64,000 nt of DNA from Patescibacteria group bacterium. Its GTDB lineage: Bacteria; Patescibacteriota; Minisyncoccia; Phycocordibacterales; UBA9973. Position 1 is the stretch's first letter. Each line of letters opens with the position of its first letter. Shown in pieces: positions 25,727 through 34,985 of the stretch. The notes beneath the pieces were generated by a model. The model saw nothing but the letters and a program-made list of their open reading frames with translations. It ran no database searches and was not told the DNA's origin. Made by a program: the position numbers and the translations under genes. The DNA lies in contig JBBTUE010000001.1 of NCBI GenBank assembly GCA_038063915.1, positions 107,905-171,904 on the forward strand. Reading direction: 5' to 3'.

Positions 25727-27484
25727 ATGCACGTTGATGAGAAAACAATTATAGATCTCCTAAATAACTCCGGCCTTGTTTCGAAGACTGATGTGGCTAT
25801 GGCTCAAAAGAAAGCCAAAGAGACCAACCAATCTATTGGTGGGGTACTTGTGAGCGACGGTAAGTTGACTGAGAAAGATTGGAATAGCATGCAAGCAGTA
25901 TCGCTTGGCATTCCTTTTGTGAGCTTAAAAGGGGAGAAAATAGAGCCAAGTGTTCTCTCTATGATTCCAGAGCCAATTGCTCGCAATAATAATATTATTG
26001 CATATAAGAAAACTAAAGCTGGGCTAGAAGTGGCGATGCTAGATGTGGACAATCTTTCTGTTATCGACTTTATTAAGAAAAAAGTAGGGCTCAAAATTCT
26101 TCCCCGCATGACGAGTTCAGATTCTATCAAAGAAGCCCTCACTCAATACAAGAAAAGTCTGCAAGCTGACTTTGAAGATATTATCAAAAAAGAAAGTGCT
26201 TCTATTAAAGCTGTATCTGAAGATGGAAAACCTGGCGAAGAAAAATCCGAGAAAGAATTAAAGGAATTAGCTGAAGATTTACCAATAGTTAAAATTGTGG
26301 ATACTCTTATTTCCCACGCTATTCTCCAAGGATCATCTGATATACATATCGAGCCTGGCGAAGCTTCTCTTGTCGTGCGCTATCGTATCGACGGTATATT
26401 ACATGACGCTATGGTCTTACCCAAAGACACAGCTCCAGGAATCGTCGCTCGTATTAAAGTATTATCTAATCTGAAACTTGATGAGAAACGTCTTCCCCAA
26501 GACGGGCGATTTAAAATTGTGAGTGACGACGGCAATGTATCTTTTCGTGTATCGACGCTACCGACATATTTTGGAGAGAAGACAGTTATACGTATACTGC
26601 GTGAGAACTCAAAAGGATTTTCACTAGAGACTCTTGGTTTCCACGGTGAAGCGCTTGAGCGTATTCACGAAGGAATGAAACAGCGCAATGGAATGCTTCT
26701 TTGTGCTGGTCCTACAGGTTCAGGTAAAACTACAACTCTCTATACAATGCTCGATTTACTTAATACTCCAGAAGTTAATATTTCGACAGTTGAGGATCCA
26801 ATCGAGTATCAAATGGCACGCATAAATCAGACTCAAACTAAAGCGGAAATAGGCCTCACTTTTGCCAATGGTCTGCGTACACTTCTTCGTCAAGACCCAG
26901 ATATTATCATGGTGGGGGAAATCCGTGATGGTGAAACTGCTTCACTTGCGGTCAATGCCTCCCTAACAGGTCACTTGGTTCTATCGACTATCCATACGAA
27001 TTCGGCTGCAGGTGCTATCCCTCGTATGATCGACATGGGAGTCGAACCTTTCCTTATAGTTTCCACGGTTCGTAATGTTATTGCCCAGCGCTTAGTTCGA
27101 GTTCTTGATACTAGTAAAGAGAAGTATTTCCTAAGTGACGCCGAGAAAAAATCTCTAGAGAAAGTTATAGATATGAATCGTATGCTTGAAATTCTTAAAA
27201 AAGAGAAAGTTGTACCTACAGATGCGACGTGGGAGACTATTCCTCTCTATAAACCTAAACCAAGCGAAGAGTCCGAAAGTGGATACAAGGGTCGCTTGGG
27301 AATACATGAAGTTATGAAAATCACCCAGACTATCAAAGAGCTCATTTTAAAAGGTGCCTCCGCTGATGAAATTGAAAAAAGGGCTAAAGTAGAAGGAATG
27401 ATGACAATGCTCGAAGACGGTATTTTCCTTGCGGTCCAAGGGCGAACTTCAACAGAAGAAGTTCTCCGTGTAGTCTCAGAGTAA
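25727..27484 (+). CDS. pilB: Type IV pilus assembly ATPase (PilB/GspE)
   Basis: SDIHIEP, RLPQDGR, GPTGSGKTTT, EDPIEY, LRQDPDIIMVGEIRD, GHLVLSTIHTN. Confidence 0.93.
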   Translation: MHVDEKTIIDLLNNSGLVSKTDVAMAQKKAKETNQSIGGVLVSDGKLTEKDWNSMQAVSLGIPFVSLKGEKIEPSVLSMIPEPIARNNNIIAYKKTKAGLEVAMLDVDNLSVIDFIKKKVGLKILPRMTSSDSIKEALTQYKKSLQADFEDIIKKESASIKAVSEDGKPGEEKSEKELKELAEDLPIVKIVDTLISHAILQGSSDIHIEPGEASLVVRYRIDGILHDAMVLPKDTAPGIVARIKVLSNLKLDEKRLPQDGRFKIVSDDGNVSFRVSTLPTYFGEKTVIRILRENSKGFSLETLGFHGEALERIHEGMKQRNGMLLCAGPTGSGKTTTLYTMLDLLNTPEVNISTVEDPIEYQMARINQTQTKAEIGLTFANGLRTLLRQDPDIIMVGEIRDGETASLAVNASLTGHLVLSTIHTNSAAGAIPRMIDMGVEPFLIVSTVRNVIAQRLVRVLDTSKEKYFLSDAEKKSLEKVIDMNRMLEILKKEKVVPTDATWETIPLYKPKPSEESESGYKGRLGIHEVMKITQTIKELILKGASADEIEKRAKVEGMMTMLEDGIFLAVQGRTSTEEVLRVVSE

Positions 27485-27488
27485 TAAG

Positions 27489-28703
27489 ATGAAATTTAAA
27501 TACAAAGCACAAAATAAAGCAGGTGGTGTTATCGAAGGAGTAAAAGAAGCACCTGATAAATTTGCACTTGCACGTGAAATAAGGGAAGAGGGTAATGTAC
27601 CTCTTTCAATTGAGGAGTCCAAAGAAAAATCCATTGGAAAATTTCTACAGTTTAATTTGTTCAGTGGGGTTTCACTATCAACAAAGATAACTTTTACAAA
27701 TAATTTAAGCGGGATGTTATCTGCAGGTCTATCACTAACTCGAGCACTTTCAATTTTCGAAAAGCAAACCAAAAATGTCACCTTTAAAAAAACTCTAACG
27801 AGCTTAGTTGAAGACGTAAATAGTGGTAATACTCTCTCAGACGCTATGAAGAAATTCCCAAAGATTTTTTCACCACTTTTTGTTTCAATGGTTCGCTCTG
27901 GAGAAGAGTCAGGTGGCCTACCAAAGGCACTTTCAGAAGTTGGTATAAATCTAAAGAAATCTTATGATTTAAAGAAAAAAATCAAAGGTGCACTAATGTA
28001 TCCGAGTATAATATTGTGCGCTATTTTCCTCATTGGTGTGCTCATGATGATTTATGTTGTTCCGACTCTCACTAAAACTTTTAAAGATCTAGGTGGTGAT
28101 TTACCAAGCTCTACTAAATTTATAATTTGGCTCTCTGACACTATTAGTCAGCATACACTACTGTTTTTAACAGTGACTTTTCTAATTGTTGGGTCATTTG
28201 TACTTTTTGCAAAATCAAAAGTGACGAAAAAATATTTTGATTACATTATTTTAAGAATTCCAGTTATAGGTAACCTTACCCGAGAAGTAAATACTGCCAG
28301 AACAGCTCGTACGCTCTCATCGCTACTTACCTCAGGGGTTGATATGTCTAGGGCACTTTCCATAACTGAGGATGTCTTACAGAATATGTATTACAAGAGA
28401 TTAGTTCACGAATCAATTATATCTATAGAGAAAGGCGGAGTGCTATCTGCCTCATTCAAAGGAGCGACGCATCTCTATCCTATGATGATGGGTGAGATGA
28501 TAGAAGTCGGCGAAGAGACTGGGAATTTATCCAAGATGTTGCTAGATATTGCCAATTTTTATGAATCAGAGGTTGATAATAAAACCAAAGATCTCTCCGT
28601 TATTGTTGAGCCTATACTCATGGTCTTTATTGGTGGCGCAGTCGGGTTCTTTGCTGTATCGATGATCACACCTATGTATTCGGTTATGAGTAATATTAAA
28701 TAA
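27489..28703 (+). CDS. pilC: Type IV pilus platform protein (PilC/GspF)
   Basis: LSDAMKKFPKIF, GEESG.L, ALMYP, VGEETGNL, EPILM. Confidence 0.93.
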   Translation: MKFKYKAQNKAGGVIEGVKEAPDKFALAREIREEGNVPLSIEESKEKSIGKFLQFNLFSGVSLSTKITFTNNLSGMLSAGLSLTRALSIFEKQTKNVTFKKTLTSLVEDVNSGNTLSDAMKKFPKIFSPLFVSMVRSGEESGGLPKALSEVGINLKKSYDLKKKIKGALMYPSIILCAIFLIGVLMMIYVVPTLTKTFKDLGGDLPSSTKFIIWLSDTISQHTLLFLTVTFLIVGSFVLFAKSKVTKKYFDYIILRIPVIGNLTREVNTARTARTLSSLLTSGVDMSRALSITEDVLQNMYYKRLVHESIISIEKGGVLSASFKGATHLYPMMMGEMIEVGEETGNLSKMLLDIANFYESEVDNKTKDLSVIVEPILMVFIGGAVGFFAVSMITPMYSVMSNIK

Positions 28704-28707
28704 AGTT

Positions 28708-29184
28708 ATGTATATACAAAAAAATGGAGGAGTAAGTTTAATAGAAATAGTTATAGCAATTAGTATTATTGCTCTAATATCCGTAGTCGTAATACTAAAT
28801 CTATCAAAATTTAGAGATGAGCGAACACTAGATAATATGACTCAAGACGTTATTTCAGTGCTAAATAAAGCAAAAAGTGATACTATTTCGTCGTTAAATT
28901 CTAATTCATACGGAGTCCATTTCCAGACAGATAAAGTTGTATACTTTGTTGGAACTACTTATAATTCATCTGATGCTGGTAATATTGTTACAAATCTTGA
29001 TTCGAGTGTCACTATCCCTGTAAGCGGTGGGATAAATTTAAATGGCGGAGGTAGTGATGTGACATTTACAAGACTCACAGGGGATACAACAAAATATGGT
29101 ACAATTATAATACGCCTGACATCTGATGCTACTCGTCAAAAAACCGTCACTATTAGTCAAACTGGTGTTATAAGTTCAAATTAG
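28708..29184 (+). CDS. Type IV pilin-like protein
   Basis: Class III signal GG|VSLIEIVIAISII. Confidence 0.85.
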   Translation: MYIQKNGGVSLIEIVIAISIIALISVVVILNLSKFRDERTLDNMTQDVISVLNKAKSDTISSLNSNSYGVHFQTDKVVYFVGTTYNSSDAGNIVTNLDSSVTIPVSGGINLNGGGSDVTFTRLTGDTTKYGTIIIRLTSDATRQKTVTISQTGVISSN

Positions 29185-29703
29185 ATGCAAATCTTTTCTA
29201 AACAAAAAAACATAGGACTTCCAATAAATAAACAGGCTGGATTTAGTCTAGTAGAAGTTTTAATTGCAAGCTTAATTATTTCTGCGTCAATTTTCGCCTT
29301 GGTATCTGCTTCAACCCAAGGTATTCAACTCTCAAGAGAGGCATTACAACAAACTCAAGCCAGCTTTATTTTAGAGGAAGGTGCTGAAGCAGTAAAATCT
29401 ATTCGCGATGCTGCTTGGACCAACATCTCAGGTCTCACGCTCGGCAGTGACTATTATATAGCTTATAATACTGGCACAAATACATGGGGTCTTACCGCTA
29501 CCAATCCAGGATCCATAGATTCACTCTTTACTCGTACAATCCAATTTGGAGCAGTCAGTCGCGATGGCAATGATGATATAGCTTCTTCGGGCACGACAGA
29601 TGTGCGTACCAAAAAAGTCACTATTACTGTCACATGGCCACGCTCAGATCAAACGACGTCTACTAGGGATTTAAGTTTTTATATAAGCGACATTTTTAAT
29701 TAA
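29185..29703 (+). CDS. Type IV pilin-like protein (PilV-like)
   Basis: AG|FSLVEVLIA; QASFILEEGAEAVKSIRD; KKVTITVTW. Confidence 0.87.
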   Translation: MQIFSKQKNIGLPINKQAGFSLVEVLIASLIISASIFALVSASTQGIQLSREALQQTQASFILEEGAEAVKSIRDAAWTNISGLTLGSDYYIAYNTGTNTWGLTATNPGSIDSLFTRTIQFGAVSRDGNDDIASSGTTDVRTKKVTITVTWPRSDQTTSTRDLSFYISDIFN

Positions 29704-30216
29704 ATGAATAAAAAATACAAAAGTGGATATAGTATTGCCGAGATAATAGTCTATTTGGCTGTATTCACTCTTTTATCAATCACAGTTATTAATTCATTTA
29801 TTGTTGTCTTAGGGTCTTATAATAACACACGCACTAATCGTGATCTATTAGAGTCTGGATCAGCAGTAATAGAGCGAGTTTCAAGAGAAATCCGTCAGGC
29901 CAAAAATATTGATGTAGTTAATAGCACACTTGCATCGAGTCCCGGAGTCCTGCAATTAAATAGTACTACTTCAGGTGGAACTGCTATGGTTATAAAGTTT
30001 AGTGTTACTAGTGGAGCACTTAATTTATATCAAGATGGAACTTTGATTGGTAATCTTCTAGGCCAAAATGTCTCTGCGACAGCGTTAATCTTTAGACGTA
30101 TCGTCACAACCAACGGAGAAGCTGTTAAAATTGAATTGACATTACAAGACACAAGAAGTAAGACAAGTCTGTCTGCAAATTTTTACGATACCATAATCCT
30201 CCGAGGAGCATATTAA
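29704..30216 (+). CDS. Type IV pilin-like protein (PilW-like)
   Basis: SG|YSIAEIIVYLAV; REIRQA. Confidence 0.85.
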   Translation: MNKKYKSGYSIAEIIVYLAVFTLLSITVINSFIVVLGSYNNTRTNRDLLESGSAVIERVSREIRQAKNIDVVNSTLASSPGVLQLNSTTSGGTAMVIKFSVTSGALNLYQDGTLIGNLLGQNVSATALIFRRIVTTNGEAVKIELTLQDTRSKTSLSANFYDTIILRGAY

Positions 30217-30219
30217 TAT

Positions 30220-31956
30220 ATGAAAATAAATACTAATTTTCCAAGAACAAATAGCGGTGCGGCAATGATGATTGTCGTCTTATTCTTTGTATTTATTAGT
30301 CTGACTATTCTCGTTGGCATTATCGCACCATCTGTTCGCGAGTTTAAAATAGCAGGCACAACATTTAACTCTAAAAACGCATATTTTCTAGCGGAATCTG
30401 GAGTAGAAGATGCATTATATAGAATAAGAAACAATAAGCAAATCAGCGCCAGTGAGATAATAGTATTAGGGACTTCAAGTACCACCACCACTATCACCGA
30501 TATTTCAAGTAGCCAAAAACAAATTGTCTCACTCGGTGATAAAAGTTCTAATGAAAGGAAAGTAGATGTCACTGTGACGACCGGTGTGGGTGTATCATTT
30601 AGTTACGGAGTCCAAGCTGGCAAGGGTGGGTATAGTATGGGTAATAATTCAAGTGTTATTGGAAGTGTCTACTCGAACGGGCCAATAACAGGCTCTGGTT
30701 CAATCACTGGTAGCGCGACTTCGGCGAATTCCGGAACTCTTACACCAGATCAATCCAATGGGTCCGGAACACCGGCTTATGATGTATCTTTTGGTAATGC
30801 AAATGGCACACAAGATTTCGCTCAGAGTTTTCAAGTGAGTACAGATGAAGTTGCAAACAAAGTTCAGCTTTATATAAAAAAAGTTGGTAGTCCGTCAAAC
30901 TTAACTGTGAGAGTAGTGAATAACTCAAGCGGAAGTCCATCTACAACAGTTAAAACTTCTGGTACACTTTCTGCCTCACTCGTATCTACAAACTATGGCT
31001 GGGTAGATGTAGTATTTTCTACAAACCCACAACTCGACGCTGGTACTACCTACTGGATAGTATTAGATGCAGCTACTTCTACTTCAAATTATTATAAGAT
31101 TGGTGCAAATGATAATGGCTATGCAAATGGTGCAAGCAAGATAGGTCAGTATAGTGGCACATGGAATAACAATAGCCCTTCCACTCTCGATGGTTTCTTT
31201 AGTCTGTACATTGGAGGGATCACTGGACTTATAAGTGGTATCACCATAGGTACAGGCTCTGTCGGTAATGCCTATTCTCATACAACAAATAATTCTACCA
31301 TCAGAGGTACAAATTACTGCCAGACAGGTACTGGCAACAATAAGGCTTGCAATACTACCCTTGCTGATCCAGTTGAAGTTACTATGCCTATATCTGATCA
31401 AAATATTCAAGACTGGAAAGACGCTGCTGTTGCTGGAGGGACGTATACAGGTACCTATACTGTTTCTGGCTCTACTGCTACCCTAGGCCCCAAAAAGATT
31501 ACTGGTGATTTGGTTGTTGATAATAATGGTACCCTCATTGTCAGTGGAACTCTTTGGGTGCAAGGCAATCTTGATGTGAATAATAACGGACTTGTCAAAC
31601 TTGTATCAGGCTATGGAAGCTCTGAGGGGGTCATAATTGTTGATGGTACTGTCGATGCTAGTAATAACGCTAATTTCCAAGGTTCTGGTACATCAGGCAG
31701 TTATATGATGGTACTCTCTACATCTACGTCAGCAAGTGCTATAAAGGTAGGTAATAACGTCGGTGCTGTTATCTTATATGCTGCGAATGGAACCATTGAT
31801 ATAAATAATAATGGTGCTGCCAAGTCACTCAATGGCTATCTAATAAAATTAGGTAATAATGTCACAATTACCTATGATAGTGGGCTTGCGAATGCAAATT
31901 TCTCAAGTGGTCCGTCTGGGTCTTATAATATCTCAAGTTGGAAAGAAACCCAATAA
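30220..31956 (+). CDS. PilX-like large minor pilin / tip protein
   Basis: SG|AAMMIVV without E5, AYFLAESGVEDALYR, long Gly/Ser/Thr/Asn-rich beta region, ends SWKE. Confidence 0.8.
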   Translation: MKINTNFPRTNSGAAMMIVVLFFVFISLTILVGIIAPSVREFKIAGTTFNSKNAYFLAESGVEDALYRIRNNKQISASEIIVLGTSSTTTTITDISSSQKQIVSLGDKSSNERKVDVTVTTGVGVSFSYGVQAGKGGYSMGNNSSVIGSVYSNGPITGSGSITGSATSANSGTLTPDQSNGSGTPAYDVSFGNANGTQDFAQSFQVSTDEVANKVQLYIKKVGSPSNLTVRVVNNSSGSPSTTVKTSGTLSASLVSTNYGWVDVVFSTNPQLDAGTTYWIVLDAATSTSNYYKIGANDNGYANGASKIGQYSGTWNNNSPSTLDGFFSLYIGGITGLISGITIGTGSVGNAYSHTTNNSTIRGTNYCQTGTGNNKACNTTLADPVEVTMPISDQNIQDWKDAAVAGGTYTGTYTVSGSTATLGPKKITGDLVVDNNGTLIVSGTLWVQGNLDVNNNGLVKLVSGYGSSEGVIIVDGTVDASNNANFQGSGTSGSYMMVLSTSTSASAIKVGNNVGAVILYAANGTIDINNNGAAKSLNGYLIKLGNNVTITYDSGLANANFSSGPSGSYNISSWKETQ

Positions 31957-31982
31957 TACAAGGTCTATGGTATAATAGGCTT

Positions 31983-32747
31983 ATGTCGAGGAAGCTCATT
32001 GTTGGTAACTGGAAAATGAATCCGCAATCGTTTAAAGATGCGGAAGTTCTTTTTAAGGGCGTCAGCCAAGCCGTAAAAGATGTAAAAGGTACTGACATCG
32101 TTATATGTCCACCGTCCCTATTCTTATCTATAGCTCGTAAATTCAAGAATAAAAAAATTGCACTAGGGGCCCAAGATGTGTTCTATGAACAAAGTGGGGC
32201 ATATACAGGTGAGATATCGACGTCTATGCTACGTGACCTCGGAGTGAGATATGTTATTGTCGGGCACTCAGAGCGCAGATCTCTTGGTGAGACGGATAGT
32301 ATTGCAAATAAAAAATTACTTGCAATACTGAAAGCGAAACTCACTCCTATACTATGTGTCGGGGAATGGGCTCGTAGTCACGATGGCTCCTACTTGCAAG
32401 TTGTAAAAGAACAACTCCTTTCATGCCTTGGTGGAGTTCCTAAAAACCAAATTAAAAATATTGTGATTGCATATGAGCCAGTCTGGGCTCTATCGTCCAC
32501 AGCCAATCGTTATGATGCTACTCCTCATGATTTTGAAGAGATGAAGATATACATTCGTAAAACTCTCACCGATATGTTTGGTTCAAGTACAGCCCTTTCT
32601 GTGCGGATTCTTTATGGTGGATCTGCAAATAAAGACAACGCAGAGTCGTTTCTAAAGGCTGGCGCGGATGGTCTACTTCCAGGGAAAGCCAGCCTTGATC
32701 CGCAGAATTTTGGAGCTATTGTCAAAATCGCGAGTAAAATAAAATGA
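31983..32747 (+). CDS. tpiA: Triosephosphate isomerase
   Basis: GNWKMN, GAYTGEIS, GHSERR, AYEPVWA, YGGS; start ATG 31983. Confidence 0.95.
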   Translation: MSRKLIVGNWKMNPQSFKDAEVLFKGVSQAVKDVKGTDIVICPPSLFLSIARKFKNKKIALGAQDVFYEQSGAYTGEISTSMLRDLGVRYVIVGHSERRSLGETDSIANKKLLAILKAKLTPILCVGEWARSHDGSYLQVVKEQLLSCLGGVPKNQIKNIVIAYEPVWALSSTANRYDATPHDFEEMKIYIRKTLTDMFGSSTALSVRILYGGSANKDNAESFLKAGADGLLPGKASLDPQNFGAIVKIASKIK

Positions 32748-33865
32748 AATCAATAAAAGACATTGAGAATTTGTCAGGTAAGCGTGTGCTCGTACGTGTA
32801 GATTTTAATTTGCCGACTAAAGACGGAAAGCTCCTAGAAGACTTCCGTATTAGAAAAGCACTTCCAACAATAGAGTATTTAAATAAAAAAGGTGCCATAG
32901 TGATATTGATTACTCACATAGGCGAAGATGGGAAGGAGAGTCTAAAGTTGGTAGCCGCCAGACTCAAAAAATACCTTCCAAAAATCAACTTTGTTACAAC
33001 CCCTATATTTTCAGATGAGACAGAAAATATACTCAAAAAAGCCAAGAAGAAAGATATAATATTGCTCGAGAACCTTCGTCGCGAAACAGGAGAGAAGAAT
33101 AATTCTCCTTCCTTTGCTCGAGCGCTATCACGCTATGGTGATGTATATGTCAACGACGCTTTCTCCGTATCACACAGGCCTCACGCTTCTATTATTGGTA
33201 TTACTAAGTATCTGGATGGTTATGCCGGATTTCAACTAGAGGAGGAAATTAAGAGTCTTTCGGTAGCATTTAATCCATCACATCCATTTCTTTTCATACT
33301 AGGTGGAGCCAAGTTTGACACCAAAATGCCACTTATCAAGAAATTCCTGCGAGATGCAGACAAAGTCCTTATCTCCGGTGCGCTCTCCAACGATTTCTTT
33401 AAAGCCAAGGGGTATGAAGTTGGCACCTCGCTAGTTGAAGATAAAAACTATGAAATTCCGTCACTACTTAAACATAAAAATTTGCTTTTGCCACTGGATC
33501 TTGAAGTAGCAAAAGGTTCGAAAGTTCGTTTTACTAAACCTGACGGCGTTCTTCCGGATGAAAATATCGTCGATGTAGGACCACAAACAGTAGAATTGCT
33601 CAGAGATTTAATAACAAAATCCAAATTCATACTCTGGAATGGGCCACTCGGTAAATACGAGAATGGTTTTGGTGGTGCAACCGAGAAAGTTTTAAAAATT
33701 ATTTCTAAATCAAAAAGTCAAAGTATTATCGGTGGGGGAGATACAGTGGTACTAATATCCAAACTAAAACTAGAGGACAAGCTAGGCTTTGTTTCGACCG
33801 GCGGCGGCGCAACCCTCGATTTTCTCGTGAAAGGCACACTACCAGGAATTAAAGTATTAAAATAG
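32744..33865 (+). CDS. pgk: Phosphoglycerate kinase
   Basis: RVDFNLP, LLENLR, VNDAFSVSHR, GGAK, WNGPLG, GGGDT, STGGGA. Confidence 0.96.
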   Translation: MKSIKDIENLSGKRVLVRVDFNLPTKDGKLLEDFRIRKALPTIEYLNKKGAIVILITHIGEDGKESLKLVAARLKKYLPKINFVTTPIFSDETENILKKAKKKDIILLENLRRETGEKNNSPSFARALSRYGDVYVNDAFSVSHRPHASIIGITKYLDGYAGFQLEEEIKSLSVAFNPSHPFLFILGGAKFDTKMPLIKKFLRDADKVLISGALSNDFFKAKGYEVGTSLVEDKNYEIPSLLKHKNLLLPLDLEVAKGSKVRFTKPDGVLPDENIVDVGPQTVELLRDLITKSKFILWNGPLGKYENGFGGATEKVLKIISKSKSQSIIGGGDTVVLISKLKLEDKLGFVSTGGGATLDFLVKGTLPGIKVLK

Positions 33866-33883
33866 AATGATATAATGATAAGT

Positions 33884-34402
33884 ATGAACGAAGAAAACAA
33901 GTTACATTTTATATTAACAGGAGGCACTATCGACTCATATTATGATGGTACAATAGATACAGCTGTCCCGAATGAACACTCAGGAATTCCTAAATTTATT
34001 AAAATTCTAAAACTCTATGAAGAATGCGAATTTTCAGAAATATGCATGAAGGATAGTAGAAATTTGACCAATGAAGATAGAGAAAATATTTGTAAAACCG
34101 TAAGTAACAGTAAAGCAAAACGGATAATAATTACACACGGAACTTATACCTTACCTGATAGTGCAAGGTATCTTCAGGCCAACATCAAGGACCACAACAA
34201 GGTTATTATATTTGCTTGCTCTATGATTCCGCTTGAGGGTTTCGTTCCAACCGACGCTGGATTTAATCTCGGGTATGCTGTGGCAAAGTCTCAAGACCTA
34301 AAAGAGGGAATATATGTTTGTATGAACGGAAGAATCTTTAGTCCTGAAGAAGTGGTAAAAATATTATCCGAAGGCAGATTTGGATCTATATATACTAAAT
34401 AG
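33884..34402 (+). CDS. Asparaginase N-terminal-domain-only protein
   Basis: TGGTID, KDSRNL, ITHGTYT, DAGFNLG, MNGRIF; ATG 33884 preferred because ATG 33875 overlaps the TATAAT. Confidence 0.85.
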   Translation: MNEENKLHFILTGGTIDSYYDGTIDTAVPNEHSGIPKFIKILKLYEECEFSEICMKDSRNLTNEDRENICKTVSNSKAKRIIITHGTYTLPDSARYLQANIKDHNKVIIFACSMIPLEGFVPTDAGFNLGYAVAKSQDLKEGIYVCMNGRIFSPEEVVKILSEGRFGSIYTK

Positions 34403-34409
34403 CAACAAA

Positions 34410-34955
34410 ATGAAACTATATAGATTTAGTCCAATAGAAACAAAAGAGCAACTGATTGAGGCTGTAAAACATACTCATTTTGCATGTTTTGAGCTATGTA
34501 AAAAGGCTTTTGGTAATTATCTTCCAGTAGCAGGAAATATGGGAGTATTCTGTCATTACGATGATGAATATAAATTTCTCATAAAACTTCGTGAGGAACT
34601 AACGGAATCAACTGACAATTTAAACCAAAAATACTTTCGTTTACATAATCCAATAATTATTCCTACTAAAGATGATATACCTGAAACAATATATACTTAT
34701 CTTTATATTCGCAGACCAGATCAGTATAGGGCTCAAGTAGGGGATGTTGATTTTGTTATTAATGATGAGGAATACACGATACTTAAAAAAACCTTGTTAG
34801 AAGATTCAAAAATAAATGGGGCTAAAGTTTTTGACCGCCCCGATTTAGATATGATCGAGTTATCAGATCCCGATATCGATACTCTTGCCTATGTGAGTAC
34901 AAAAGCAATGACCGAAAAAGTGAGAGTAAAACAATCAGAAATTACAAAACTGTAA
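34410..34955 (+). CDS. Hypothetical protein
   Basis: Open ORF from ATG 34410 (MKLYRFSP), no recognised family. Confidence 0.7.
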   Translation: MKLYRFSPIETKEQLIEAVKHTHFACFELCKKAFGNYLPVAGNMGVFCHYDDEYKFLIKLREELTESTDNLNQKYFRLHNPIIIPTKDDIPETIYTYLYIRRPDQYRAQVGDVDFVINDEEYTILKKTLLEDSKINGAKVFDRPDLDMIELSDPDIDTLAYVSTKAMTEKVRVKQSEITKL

Positions 34956-34985
34956 GACGAGTAGTATTCGTGTTACAATCATAAA

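Noticed and set aside
29215-29240. GLPINKQAG in a pilin leader as a decayed copy of the LPAGRQ-type palindrome
   Set aside because: The DNA is no longer palindromic or GC-rich; resemblance is only at peptide level
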